Shown here: positions 21,112 to 30,961 of the stretch, piece after piece
How the letters are laid out: each line of letters begins with the position of its first letter
How positions within the stretch are numbered: position 1 is the first letter of the stretch
DNA from: Chthonomonadaceae bacterium
GTDB taxonomy: Bacteria > Armatimonadota > Chthonomonadetes > Chthonomonadales > Chthonomonadaceae
Assembly (NCBI GenBank): GCA_035650735.1
Contig: DASRGZ010000094.1
Location: 1 to 58,466, forward strand
Direction: 5' to 3'
Length of the DNA stretch: 58,466 nucleotides
The notes under the pieces: generated by a model
The model's database searches: none
What the model saw: only the letters and a program-made list of their open reading frames with translations
What the model was told of the DNA's origin: nothing
Position numbers and translations under genes: made by a program

Positions 21112-21205
21112 GCTATATTGTAGCGTACCGCTTCTGTTTTGTAAAGTATCTCGGGGAAAATTTACTTTAGGGGCCCCGATTCACGCAGGAAAAGGATATC
21201 CGGCC

Positions 21206-22612
21206 ATGGATGAGAACGTGATGCGCGTCCTGCAGATGCTTCAGGACGGCAAAATTAGCGCCCAGGAAGCCGAAATGCTCATCGCCGCCCTGCGCGGCGA
21301 ATCCGCCGCCTCCCGCAGCGCAGAGGAGAAGAAAGAGGACAGAGAGGAGAAGTCCTTCTCCTTCACGTTTGAAAAAATTAAGCCGCCCAAGCTGGACCTG
21401 GACGACCTCGGCGAGCGCATCTCCAAGGCCGTCGCCAAAGTCCAGCCGGAAAAGATCGTCAAGCGGGTGCAAGCGCAACTGCGCACCGCCACGCGCGCTG
21501 GCGCTCATTGGGGCGCATCCGTGAGCGCACGCGTGCGCACCTGGACCGAGGGCGAGGGCAAGCGCCCGGAAAACACGACCGGCCTGCCCGAACACACCGA
21601 TACCCACGACCTAGAGTTCCACCTTGAAAACGGCGCGTCCGTCTTTGTGGAGAACCCGCTGGGCGACGTCAAAATCGCCGGCACATCGGAAGGGCCTGCG
21701 GTCGTCTCCGTGCGCAAGGTCGTCTGGGGCCCGCGCGAGGAAGAGCTGAAGTCCCTGGCCGAGAAGATGGCTGTTAATATTCACGGCACCGATACGCGCC
21801 TGGATGTTAAGGTGGAAGCCCCCGATTTCTTTGACAGCGGCACCGTGGACCTGGAGTTGCGCGTACCCCGCACCTGCAACGTGCGCGTCAGCACCGAGTT
21901 CGGCGCGGTGGACCTATCGCAGCTAGACGGGCGCGCGGAGGCGGCCACCGCCAGCGGCGACCTGCGCCTGCAGGACCTGGGCGGCGACGCGCGCGCAGAG
22001 ACGGCGGCGGGCGACCTCTACCTGGAGCGCATCGGCGGCGCGGCCACCGTCGCCACCCAGAGCGGCGACATCAAGGCGACCGACATCCGGCGCGGCCTCT
22101 CCGCCAACGCCGCCAGCGGCGACGTACAGGCCAGCGACATCGAGGGCGGGCGCGTCGAATGCAAATCCGTCTCCGGCGATGTCAAGGTAGAGCGCGTCGG
22201 CAGGCTCGCCCCACTGGACATCACCGTCGAATCGGTCAGCGGCGACGCCCTGCTCGACGACGCCAGCGGCAACATCGCCATCAAAGCCGTCTCCGGCGAC
22301 GCCCTTGCCAACAATCTCGCGGCCACGCGGCTCCAGGCGCAGACGGTCAGCGGCGACGTCCAGGCCAGCCTGCGCGAGCCTTTCTCCGGCACCATGCAGG
22401 TCAATACAGTCTCCGGTGATGTCTCCATCGCCCTGCCTGAAGGCAGCAACGTGCGCGTCTCCCTGAGTACGACCTCCGGCGACCTGCAATGCGAGCATAG
22501 CGCCCACGACGTCACCGCCACCGATACCCTCTGGACAGGCCAATTGGGAACCGGCGCGGGCACGCTCAACGTCCAGACCATCTCCGGCGACACCCATATT
22601 CGCCGCGCCTGA
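21206..22612 (+). CDS. SHOCT-like plus DUF4097 beta-strand-repeat protein (YvlB/LiaX-like)
   Basis: RVLQMLQDGKISAQEA; many (T/S)(V/A)SGD repeats; start ATG 21206. Confidence 0.9.
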   Translation: MDENVMRVLQMLQDGKISAQEAEMLIAALRGESAASRSAEEKKEDREEKSFSFTFEKIKPPKLDLDDLGERISKAVAKVQPEKIVKRVQAQLRTATRAGAHWGASVSARVRTWTEGEGKRPENTTGLPEHTDTHDLEFHLENGASVFVENPLGDVKIAGTSEGPAVVSVRKVVWGPREEELKSLAEKMAVNIHGTDTRLDVKVEAPDFFDSGTVDLELRVPRTCNVRVSTEFGAVDLSQLDGRAEAATASGDLRLQDLGGDARAETAAGDLYLERIGGAATVATQSGDIKATDIRRGLSANAASGDVQASDIEGGRVECKSVSGDVKVERVGRLAPLDITVESVSGDALLDDASGNIAIKAVSGDALANNLAATRLQAQTVSGDVQASLREPFSGTMQVNTVSGDVSIALPEGSNVRVSLSTTSGDLQCEHSAHDVTATDTLWTGQLGTGAGTLNVQTISGDTHIRRA

Positions 22613-22654
22613 CCCGAAGCCGGGTCAGGTCGCTTTTTCGACGAGGTAGCGTTA

Positions 22655-23224
22655 ATGAACGAAACGGAGAAGGATCGCATCCTGCGCATGGTCTCGGAAG
22701 GCACGCTCAAGCCCTCCGAGGCCGCGCACCTGCTGGCGGCGCTGGCCGACGAATCCGCGCCAGCCGAGCCAAAACCGGGCGAGAACAATAAGGCCAAGCC
22801 GAAGGAGAAGAAGCAGCTTATCGAGGTGCAGATGCAGCGGCCCGACGGCTCCCACTACACCATCGAGGTGCCGCCCAACCTGGTTCCCATGTTCCTGAAG
22901 ATGGCGGGCGTGGCGATTCGCGAGTCGGTGCGCTCGGCGGCGCAGGACGCCTGGGCCGGCTTCAAGGTCATGGTGCGCAATAAGACCGACGAGATCAAAA
23001 CCAACGTCAAGACCCGGGTGTCCGGCGGTAGCAAAGAAGAGACGCCCGCTGTCTCCCCGGAGCAGGAGCAGCAGGCCGAGGCGCGGCGGCGCATCCTCCA
23101 GATGGTTCAGAACGGGCGCATCAACGCCGCCGATGCCAGCCGCCTTATCGAGCAATTGGACGCGCTCGCCGAGTACCAGAAAACCCATCCCACCCCGCAG
23201 ACGCCTACTGCCAGCGCCAAATAG
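22655..23224 (+). CDS. Protein with two SHOCT-like motifs
   Basis: RILRMVSEGTLKPSEA and RILQMVQNGRINAADA. Confidence 0.85.
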   Translation: MNETEKDRILRMVSEGTLKPSEAAHLLAALADESAPAEPKPGENNKAKPKEKKQLIEVQMQRPDGSHYTIEVPPNLVPMFLKMAGVAIRESVRSAAQDAWAGFKVMVRNKTDEIKTNVKTRVSGGSKEETPAVSPEQEQQAEARRRILQMVQNGRINAADASRLIEQLDALAEYQKTHPTPQTPTASAK

Positions 23225-23239
23225 ATTCGGCTCTCCTTG

Positions 23240-23274
23240 AAACCCCTCTTCCATGCTCTGGGAGAGGGGTTTTT
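23240..23274 (+). terminator. Intrinsic terminator
   Basis: AAACCCCTCTTCCA..TGGGAGAGGGGTTTTT. Confidence 0.75.
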
Positions 23275-23503
23275 ATGTCGGTCAAGGCATTCATAAGAGG
23301 AGGCAAAGTCTCCGATAATCCCTCCCAACGGTGTTGACGTATCTCCTCAGCAGCAGGCTGCGTGAGATTGATCCACACGGCTGGGAGTGTCTACCAAGTC
23401 TCCTGCAACATAGGCTCAAATGGAGGCATGTGGGGATAGGAATTTGCCATCATGGGAAGGTACGATAGTATTATCCTATACAGCCTATGCGAAGAGGTGA
23501 GCG

Positions 23504-24691
23504 ATGAAGTATATCCTGCTGGTTCCCGACGGCGCGGCGGACGAGCCACTGGCCGACCTCGACGGCAAGACGCCCCTGGAAGTCGCCCGCACGCCCTACC
23601 TGGACGACCTGGCGCGCAGCGGATTGGTCGGATCGGTGCAGGTGACGCCGCCGGAGATGTATCCGGGCAGCGACGCGGCCAACATGGCCCTGCTCGGCTA
23701 CGACCCGACCCGCTACTATACCGGGCGCGGCCCCATCGAAGCCGCAGCCATCGGCGTGCCGATGGAGCCTAAAGACGTCGCGTTCCGCTGTTCGCTGGTC
23801 AGCACGGACGGCGAGAAGCTGATTGACTACAGCGCGGGCCATATCTCCACGGAGGAGGCGCGGCCCCTCATCGAGCTCGCTAACCAGAAGCTCGGCACGC
23901 GCGCTATCTCGCTCTTCCCCGGCGTCTCCTACCGGCATATTCTCCTCTGGCACGACGGCCCCACCGAGGTCAAGACCTATCCGCCGCACGAGAACATGGG
24001 CAAGCCGCTTGCGGAGATCTGGCCGCAGGGCGACGGCGACGCCAGGCTGCGCGCCTTCATCGAGGACTCGATCAACCTGCTTGACGACCTGCCTTTCAAT
24101 AAGCAGCGCCGCGCCGAGGGCAAGCCGCCCGCCAACATGCTCTGGCCCTGGAGTCCGGGCCGTTCCCCGCAGCTTCCCAGCTTCTTCCAGAGGCGGGGCA
24201 TGACGGGCGCGGTGATCTCGGCGGTGGATGTGGTGCGCGGGCTGGGCAAGCTGACCGGATTGGAGATCGTCAACGTGCCGGGCGCGACCGGCTATTTCGA
24301 TACCAACTACGAGGGCAAGGGCAGGTACGCCGTCAACGCGCTCCAGCGCCACGACTTCGTCTGGGTACACGTCGAAGCGCCGGACGAGGCCGGGCACGCG
24401 GGCAGCATTGACGAGAAGATCAGGGCCATCGAGAACTTCGATAAGCTGGTCGTGGGCACCATCCTGGACGGCATGAAGAAGCGGGACGACTTCCGGCTGC
24501 TCTGCGTCCCTGACCACAAGACGCCCATTTCCACGCGCGGCCACGCCGTCGGGCCGGTGCCGTTCCTGCTCTTTGACTCGCGCAAGGGGCTGAGCGGCGG
24601 GCATTTGCCCTTTGACGAGCGCGCCGTGGAGGAAGCTAAAGTTCGAATTCCCGAAGGCTACCGCCTGATAGACGATCTCTTCGCCGGGTAG
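23504..24691 (+). CDS. apgM: Cofactor-independent phosphoglycerate mutase, ApgM type
   Basis: DGAAD.P, GKTPLE.A.TP, PGSD.AN, HVEAPDEAGH, PDH.TP motifs. Confidence 0.93.
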   Translation: MKYILLVPDGAADEPLADLDGKTPLEVARTPYLDDLARSGLVGSVQVTPPEMYPGSDAANMALLGYDPTRYYTGRGPIEAAAIGVPMEPKDVAFRCSLVSTDGEKLIDYSAGHISTEEARPLIELANQKLGTRAISLFPGVSYRHILLWHDGPTEVKTYPPHENMGKPLAEIWPQGDGDARLRAFIEDSINLLDDLPFNKQRRAEGKPPANMLWPWSPGRSPQLPSFFQRRGMTGAVISAVDVVRGLGKLTGLEIVNVPGATGYFDTNYEGKGRYAVNALQRHDFVWVHVEAPDEAGHAGSIDEKIRAIENFDKLVVGTILDGMKKRDDFRLLCVPDHKTPISTRGHAVGPVPFLLFDSRKGLSGGHLPFDERAVEEAKVRIPEGYRLIDDLFAG

Positions 24692-24732
24692 CGATAAGCC
24701 CTACAAACGTACAGAGTCCTCCCAAATTTTGT

Positions 24733-24994
24733 GCCGGGCCATGAATGACCCGTCTCTAGGACCTGCGGCCAACCGACTGCAAGGGACGGCGCTGCCACTG
24801 CTAGGGTCGGGACTGGGCACGCTCGACTGCCAGGGACGCCGCTCAACGGTTCGCGGCTCTGCCTGGCGATCTCCGCCTGGCGACACTCGCCCCTCTGCCT
24901 TGCGACTGGCGGACGGAACCTCTGGTTAGAGACAGCGTCCGCCAGGACGCCTGGCGGCGGAGCCGCCCTACAGACGGGTATTTTCAATGCCCGG
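24733..24994. repeat. Family A MITE-like element with triple nested micro-element
   Basis: Near-identical copy of 8149-8410. Confidence 0.85.
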
Positions 24995-25081
24995 TTAAAC
25001 AAAATGCGGGAGGACTCGTGTGTTGCTGGCAGGGCATTCTCCTCTCGGCTTTTGCCGCGGAGGGGAAGCCCGACGTGCAAT

Positions 25082-25300
25082 CTATTTCTTGCTGCCAGCC
25101 TTGTGAGCGCCCATCTTGCCGCCCTTCTTTGCGCCTTTGGTGGTCATCTTGCCGGCCTTGTGCATGGACTTGGCGTGCTTCTTGTCGGTTTTGGCCGCTA
25201 CGGTCGTGGCCTTCTTGCCGTGATCGCCCTTGGCCAGGCTCGCTCCGGCGACGCCGAACAGCAGGGCCGCTACGGTGAGGGTGACAAACAGGTTTTTCAT
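25082..25300 (-). CDS. Small secreted Lys-rich protein (72 aa)
   Basis: RBS GGAGG; signal peptide MKNLFVTLTVAALLFGVAGASLA; K/A/G-rich mature part. Confidence 0.8.
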   Translation of the reverse strand: MKNLFVTLTVAALLFGVAGASLAKGDHGKKATTVAAKTDKKHAKSMHKAGKMTTKGAKKGGKMGAHKAGSKK

Positions 25301-25636
25301 TGGGTGATTACCTCCATGAGTTTGGCAACATCGTCGCTAGCGGTGCGAGTGGGCCGTCTCGACGCCTTTCAAACGCGCCTTATCTGCCTTCCAGAGATTA
25401 TACGCTGTTCGTTCGATTTCCTGCTTGCGCCCCGACTGCCGCCTAAATTTTTCGCCCGCTCGCCTCTTGCCGCCGAAGGGGTGGTTGCGATCTTGCAGGC
25501 AGGGCCGCTTGTGTCCTTCCAGGCAGCAAGAGAGCCTGCAACCGGGGCGATCCTCCCGCTGGCAGCGCCGCGTTGCCAACCGCACGGCGATGTGGTACAC
25601 TTCTACTGCCTGCAAGGCAGCCAAGGAGGAAACATA

Positions 25637-26779
25637 GTGACACAGACGGCCTCATCTTCTGAACTCGCCTCTCCGCGCCCGCCCACGGTCGCCGAACATA
25701 TTACCCGGCTCGTACCCTACCGGCCCGGCAAGCCCATTGAGGAGGTCGAGCGCGAATTAGGAATTACCAACATTGTCAAGCTGGCCAGCAACGAAAATTC
25801 GCTCGGCCCCTCCCCGCGTGCTATCCAGGCGATGCACGATTTCGCCGTCAAAATGCATCTCTACCCGGACGCCAGCAACTATAATCTCCGGCGTGCCGTG
25901 GCCGCCCATCTGAGCGTGCCCGAGGAGACGCTAGTCTTCGGCAACGGCTCTGATGACATCATCCATCTGCTGGGCGTAACGTTCCTGTCGCCGGGTGACG
26001 AGGTAATCCAGGCATGGCCCACGTTTGTGCGCTATGAGGCGGCGGCCATTCTCCATAACGCGCCGTGTCATCTGGTTCCCCTGACCGCCGATTGGGCGCA
26101 CGACCTGGAGGCGATGGCGGCCAAGATCAACGCTAACACGCGCCTCATCTTTATCTGCAATCCCAACAATCCGACCGGCACCATCGTCACCCGCGAGGCG
26201 CTGGATCGCTTCCTCGCCCGCGTGCCGGAGCGCGTTCTCGTCGTCCTGGACGAAGCCTATTACGAATATGCCGCCGACGCCGCCGACTACCCGGACAGCC
26301 TGCGCTACGTGCATGAAGGTCGCAACGTCGTCGTGCTGCGCACCTTCTCCAAAGCCTACGGCCTGGCGGGACTGCGGATCGGCTACGGCGTGATGCGCCC
26401 GGAGATTGCCCACTGGCTTGACCGGACGCGCGAGCCATTCAACGTCAATTCTATGGCCCAAGCGGCGGCGCTGGCCGCCCTGGAAGATACGGAGCACGTT
26501 CGGCGCACGCTGGCGATGAACGCGGCGGGCAAGCGCGACTTCTACGCCGCCTTTGACGCGCTCAGCCTGCCCTACGCGCCAACCTACGCCAATTTCGTCT
26601 GGGTAGACGTACAGCAGGACAGCAAGGCCGTGTTCCAGGCCCTCCTGTGCAAGGGCGTCATCACGCGCACCGGGGACGTCTTTAACGCGCCCACGCATCT
26701 GCGCGTTACCATCGGCACGGAAGAAGAGAACGCCAAGTTCCTTACCGCCCTGCGCGAAGTTCTGACGGAAAGTTCGTAA
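25637..26779 (+). CDS. hisC: Histidinol-phosphate aminotransferase
   Basis: KLASNEN, GNGSDD, NPNNPTG, DEAY, RTFSKAYGLAGLRIGY motifs; GTG 25637 after AGGAGG. Confidence 0.97.
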   Translation: MTQTASSSELASPRPPTVAEHITRLVPYRPGKPIEEVERELGITNIVKLASNENSLGPSPRAIQAMHDFAVKMHLYPDASNYNLRRAVAAHLSVPEETLVFGNGSDDIIHLLGVTFLSPGDEVIQAWPTFVRYEAAAILHNAPCHLVPLTADWAHDLEAMAAKINANTRLIFICNPNNPTGTIVTREALDRFLARVPERVLVVLDEAYYEYAADAADYPDSLRYVHEGRNVVVLRTFSKAYGLAGLRIGYGVMRPEIAHWLDRTREPFNVNSMAQAAALAALEDTEHVRRTLAMNAAGKRDFYAAFDALSLPYAPTYANFVWVDVQQDSKAVFQALLCKGVITRTGDVFNAPTHLRVTIGTEEENAKFLTALREVLTESS

Positions 26780-26814
26780 ATATAAACGAAATTTAATCTG
26801 ACCTTCATATTCCT

Positions 26815-26880
26815 TTAAGATTTACCGATTATAATCATATCCACGAGCAATTCGATTAGGGTGACGCCCGCCACGGTGTT
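26815..26880 (-). pseudogene. Prepilin N-terminal methylation-motif remnant
   Basis: AGVTLIELLVDMIII then stop; resembles G-FTLIELLVVIAII. Confidence 0.5.
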
Positions 26881-26899
26881 GGTGCGGCAGGATCCCAGC

Positions 26900-26935
26900 C
26901 GCCCCAGCGCTGACAACGCGGGGCGTTTTTTTTTG
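26900..26935 (+). terminator. Intrinsic terminator after hisC
   Basis: CGCCCC..GGGGCG followed by a long T run. Confidence 0.65.
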
Positions 26936-27096
26936 CCGTGCCTGCAACGGTGGCAGAGGCTCGCCTCCTCTCTTAAGTTAGATCCGCACAGCCCCAGGCT
27001 TCTTGCAGACAAAGTAAAAGCCTCCCATCACTTTCGGGAGGCCAGAGTTTCCTCTCCATCCAGCGGCCACAAGCGTTAAATTGGACTAGAGAGTGC

Positions 27097-27522
27097 TCAA
27101 TCCCACTTGCCGGAGAGAATTTTCTGTGTCTCGTCGCGGTGGTTGTTCTCATCCTGGACGAAATTCTCCATCTGGATTCGAATGCCGACCTCTCCGGCTT
27201 CGTCGGCCAGCTTGATGAGGTTGGTATAGGCGGCAATCGCCTGGTTCTCCGCCGCCAGAACGTACTCCAGCAGTTGGCGCGCGTCGTCGGAGTGGGGTAC
27301 CGGCTTGGCCGTCGTGGTCGGCTCCCCACCGAGCGCGGCGATCTTATCAGCCAGGTATTGGGCGTGCGTCTGCTCGTCGGGAATTTCGGCACGGAAAAAG
27401 GCGACCAGTTCCGGGCGGTGCGGTCCGGTGACGACGGCGGAATACTGGATGTACTGAATGATGGCCTGGTACTCGGCAGAGAGCTGCTCGTTCATCGCAG
27501 CAATCAGGGCCTGTTTGCTCAT
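27097..27522 (-). CDS. Ferritin-like (bacterioferritin-like) di-iron protein
   Basis: E..A..QY, E..DE..HA, E..A...Y, DE..H ligand pattern; RBS AAGGAG. Confidence 0.9.
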   Translation of the reverse strand: MSKQALIAAMNEQLSAEYQAIIQYIQYSAVVTGPHRPELVAFFRAEIPDEQTHAQYLADKIAALGGEPTTTAKPVPHSDDARQLLEYVLAAENQAIAAYTNLIKLADEAGEVGIRIQMENFVQDENNHRDETQKILSGKWD

Positions 27523-27768
27523 TTACAATTTCTCCTTCTACGTCGTGGTAATGGGCTTGGCGGCACGGGCTGCCCTGGATCTGGCGGCAATCCCCTGTGT
27601 CTAACGAGCGAGGAAGCCTCACGGTTCCTCTATTTCCCGGAAGCAGGAAATGAGTCTGCTGCCGTCGCAATTTCGTGCCGAAGAAGAGCTAGAACCAGGA
27701 TGGCCTGCAACTTTGCGGCGGCGTCGGTGTCCAAAAAGCAGCAAGAGACGAAAGGGTTCATGCGGTAG

Positions 27769-30363
27769 ATGCGGGTGTATTGGATAGGTTTGTGGATGCT
27801 GTTGTTCGGAAGCGCAGGGGCGGGGGCGCAGGCAGTGAGCGCGCCGCGCGCGCTGGAAGCGATTGCGGTTTCCCCCACCGCCATCCGCCTCTACTGGCTT
27901 CCCGCCGAGGACGCGACGGGATATCGGGTGGAGCGCGACGGCCAGGTTATCGCCAATCTCCCGGCGGACGCGCAGACCTATGATGATACCCAACTTGCGC
28001 CCGATTCGACGCACCGCTACAGTGTTCGGGCGGTTAATGCAGGCGGCGAGTCAGCGCCTCGCGTCTACGTCGAGCGCACCTTTGCCCCGTTCCCGACCGG
28101 CCTGCAGCCCGGCAAAATTCCGGTCGTCCACTATGATGTCGTGGTCGCGCAGGCGTCCTCCGGCGGCGTGGCGGCGGCCATCGAAGCGGCGCGGCGCGGC
28201 CTGGCCGTCGCCCTGATCGAGCCGACGACACGGCTGGGTGGTATGCCCGTCAACGGCCTGAGCGCCACCGACCTGCGCCGTCCTCAGCACGCCAGTGGCT
28301 TTTTTGTGCGCTTTGCCGACCGCGTCCGCGACCTCTACGCCGCCGAGGGCGTCAAAACCAACGGCCTGAGCTATGAGCCGCGTGTGGCGCACCAGGCCAT
28401 GAAATCGCTCCTCTACGAGACGCCCAACCTGGCCATCTTCCGCCGCGCCCGGCCCATCCAGGTCATCGCGCATACCGTCGCCCCACGAACGCCCTTTAGT
28501 GCTGCCGAGCAGAGCCTACCGGGGTATGAGCCGGTCTCCCCAAACTTCGCCCTGCACAGCGGCCAACAGCAGCATCCGCACGCCCCGGAAGCGCCGCGCC
28601 GGCGCGTGGACGCCATTCTGGTCGAGGAATTGGACGCCGAGGGCCGGCCAACCGGACGACGGGCCGAGTTTCGCGCCGAGGTCTTCATAGACGCCACCGA
28701 CTGCGGCGACATCGCGGCCTGGGCCGGCGCTCCCTACCGCGTCGGTCGCGAGCCGCGCACGGCGTCGGAGCCCCACGCCGGCGTCATTTACTACGACCGC
28801 GCCCACGACCGGCTGCTGCCCGGCAGCACCGGCGCTGGCGATACGCGCCTCCAGTCCTATGCCTACCTGCTGACGGTCAAGGACTACGGCCCCGGCGCCG
28901 ACAAGACGATCCCGCCCCCGCCCGGCTACCGCAAAGAGAACTACATCCATACCCCCGCCTGGAAGGAATCCTGGGCCGTTACCTCCGGCAAGATGCCCAA
29001 CGCCAAGTACGAGCTCAACCAGCACCCGCAGGGCAACGACCTCCAGGCCATCAACTACGGCTATCCGACCGGCGATTACCGGGAGCGGGCGCGCGTCGAG
29101 GCGCTGTATCGTAACCACGTTCTCGGATACCTCTACTATATCCAGACCCAGCAGGGCCAGAGGCAGATCGGCTTGCCCGACGACGAGTACCGCGACTCCG
29201 GCGGCTTTCCGCCCCTGCTCTACGTGCGCGAAGGGCGCCGCATTCTCGGCGAGCAGTTGCCGCTGGAGGCGGACATCACCCAAGCGCGCAGCCTGATCCG
29301 CCCGGAAAGCGCCGGCCTGGGCGATTACCCGATGGACTCGCACGCCGTCCGTCCCAAAACCGATTGGACGACGCCGGACATGGGCGAGGGGGAATGGTGG
29401 CTCTACCAATACACCCCCTGGCATCAGCTTCCGCTAGGTGTCATTGTCCCGCAGCGCCTCGATAACGTCTTCGTTACCACGGCGGTCTCCTCTACGCACG
29501 TCAGCTACGGCACCTACCGCCTGGAGCCGGTGCGGATGGCCTTCGGGCAGGCGGCGGGCATCGCCGCCAACCTCTGCATCCGCTACGGCCTGACGGCGCG
29601 TGAAGTCCCCGCCCGCGAGGTGCAGGACGACCTGCTGCCCCACCCCGCCAACCCCGTAGGCGACCCGAACGCGGTTCTCTACTACCTGACGGACGTCCGG
29701 CCCGGCCACCCGGACTATCGCGCCATTCAATACCTTGTTTCGCGCGGTCTCCAGCTTACCGCCGAGGAGCTCCAGCCGGACGCGCCGACGACGCGCGGCG
29801 AGCTGGCGCGCTGGCTGACGCGGCTGGCGGAGCGCGCCGCGCCCCCACCGGAGACGCTGGCCGTCCTGGGAACCGCGCCGGACGGCGGCACGGAAGTGCT
29901 GGAGCGGCAGGCGTACTATCCCTACATGGGCGCGCCCGCCGACCTTGCCGCCCTCAAGGCGCTGCAAGAACAGCCCGATCAGGCCGCCGTTGTCACGCGC
30001 GCCGAAATCGCCCGCTGGCTCGTGAGCCTGCTGCCGGCGGTTTTCCCGCCCGCAGGCGCCGCCTCCGGACGCTACGCCGATGTCTCCACGCATCCAGACC
30101 GGGAGGCTATCGAGGCGCTGGCCGCTGGCGGCATCGACTCCCGCCTCTGGGATGGCACGCAGGCGCTGTCCCCGGAAGATACGCTCTATTTCCGGCCCGA
30201 CGCGCCTCTGAGTCATGCCGCGCTGTTCCAGACGCTCTACCTGGTGCAGCGCAATCTCGGTCCGCTCTTTTTCGACAATCCCGTAGATGGCCGCAACGGG
30301 CGGGCCGTGCCCTCGGTTCCCTATCAGGTGGTCCGTGTGCGTCGGTCCAGGGGACAGCCTTAA
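27769..30363 (+). CDS. Secreted FAD-dependent oxidoreductase with N-terminal FN3 and C-terminal SLH-like regions
   Basis: Signal peptide; FN3 (YRVERDG..Y.VRAVN.GGES); FIDATD.GD, YVREGRR, SSTHV.YG..RLEP motifs; DV..HP...AI segments. Confidence 0.85.
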   Translation: MRVYWIGLWMLLFGSAGAGAQAVSAPRALEAIAVSPTAIRLYWLPAEDATGYRVERDGQVIANLPADAQTYDDTQLAPDSTHRYSVRAVNAGGESAPRVYVERTFAPFPTGLQPGKIPVVHYDVVVAQASSGGVAAAIEAARRGLAVALIEPTTRLGGMPVNGLSATDLRRPQHASGFFVRFADRVRDLYAAEGVKTNGLSYEPRVAHQAMKSLLYETPNLAIFRRARPIQVIAHTVAPRTPFSAAEQSLPGYEPVSPNFALHSGQQQHPHAPEAPRRRVDAILVEELDAEGRPTGRRAEFRAEVFIDATDCGDIAAWAGAPYRVGREPRTASEPHAGVIYYDRAHDRLLPGSTGAGDTRLQSYAYLLTVKDYGPGADKTIPPPPGYRKENYIHTPAWKESWAVTSGKMPNAKYELNQHPQGNDLQAINYGYPTGDYRERARVEALYRNHVLGYLYYIQTQQGQRQIGLPDDEYRDSGGFPPLLYVREGRRILGEQLPLEADITQARSLIRPESAGLGDYPMDSHAVRPKTDWTTPDMGEGEWWLYQYTPWHQLPLGVIVPQRLDNVFVTTAVSSTHVSYGTYRLEPVRMAFGQAAGIAANLCIRYGLTAREVPAREVQDDLLPHPANPVGDPNAVLYYLTDVRPGHPDYRAIQYLVSRGLQLTAEELQPDAPTTRGELARWLTRLAERAAPPPETLAVLGTAPDGGTEVLERQAYYPYMGAPADLAALKALQEQPDQAAVVTRAEIARWLVSLLPAVFPPAGAASGRYADVSTHPDREAIEALAAGGIDSRLWDGTQALSPEDTLYFRPDAPLSHAALFQTLYLVQRNLGPLFFDNPVDGRNGRAVPSVPYQVVRVRRSRGQP

Positions 30364-30394
30364 TCCGTTTTCCCTATGCGGCCCCCACCCACCG

Positions 30395-30845
30395 CAGACC
30401 TCACCCCCAACCCCTCTCCCTCGCAAGGAGAGGGGAGAGGCCCCCACCCCCGGCCCACTGCCAGGGTCGGGCCTACAACGGACTGCAAGGGTCGCGCCTG
30501 CCATGGTTGGGATCTGACAGAGGCGCAACTGCTGGAGAGCTTGCCGCCTCAACGAACTGCTAGGGTCGGCCCTGCCATGGTTCGGGCCACTGCCAGGGTC
30601 GGCCCTACAATGGTTCGCGCCTCCGCCTAGCGACACCTTGCCACAGCCCTCCGCCTCGCGCCCCCCAACAACAGGGGAGGGGAGAGCAGAAGCCGGGTTC
30701 TCTCCTTCCCTACTGTCCCTCCTCAATTCTAGGGGAGGAGAGAACAGAAGCCGGGTCACCCCCTTCCCTCGTAGGGTCGCGAGGCGGAGGGGCGAACCAG
30801 TGTAGCGCCGACCCTTGCCGTGGGGGACGGGGGATTAGGTCAAGG
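30395..30845. repeat. Family B REP-like cluster with multiply nested micro-elements (30457-30660; 30777-30821)
   Basis: Repeated ACTGCNAGGGTCG starts and CCTNGC(G/C)A ends inside C-rich/G-rich palindromes. Confidence 0.8.
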
Positions 30846-30961
30846 AGAGAAAGAGGCGTTTGTCCTGTTTTCCAGTCCGGTTTGGAACGGAAGAGGACGA
30901 TTTTCAGGTATACTATTGTGAGCCGCTGCGTCGGCTCTACGCTCTGATGGAAGGATTGGCT

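Noticed and set aside
30457..30660. Recurring ACTGCNAGGGTCGG units as a CRISPR array
   Set aside because: Irregular spacing and matching nested end motifs show recursive insertion, not repeat-spacer structure
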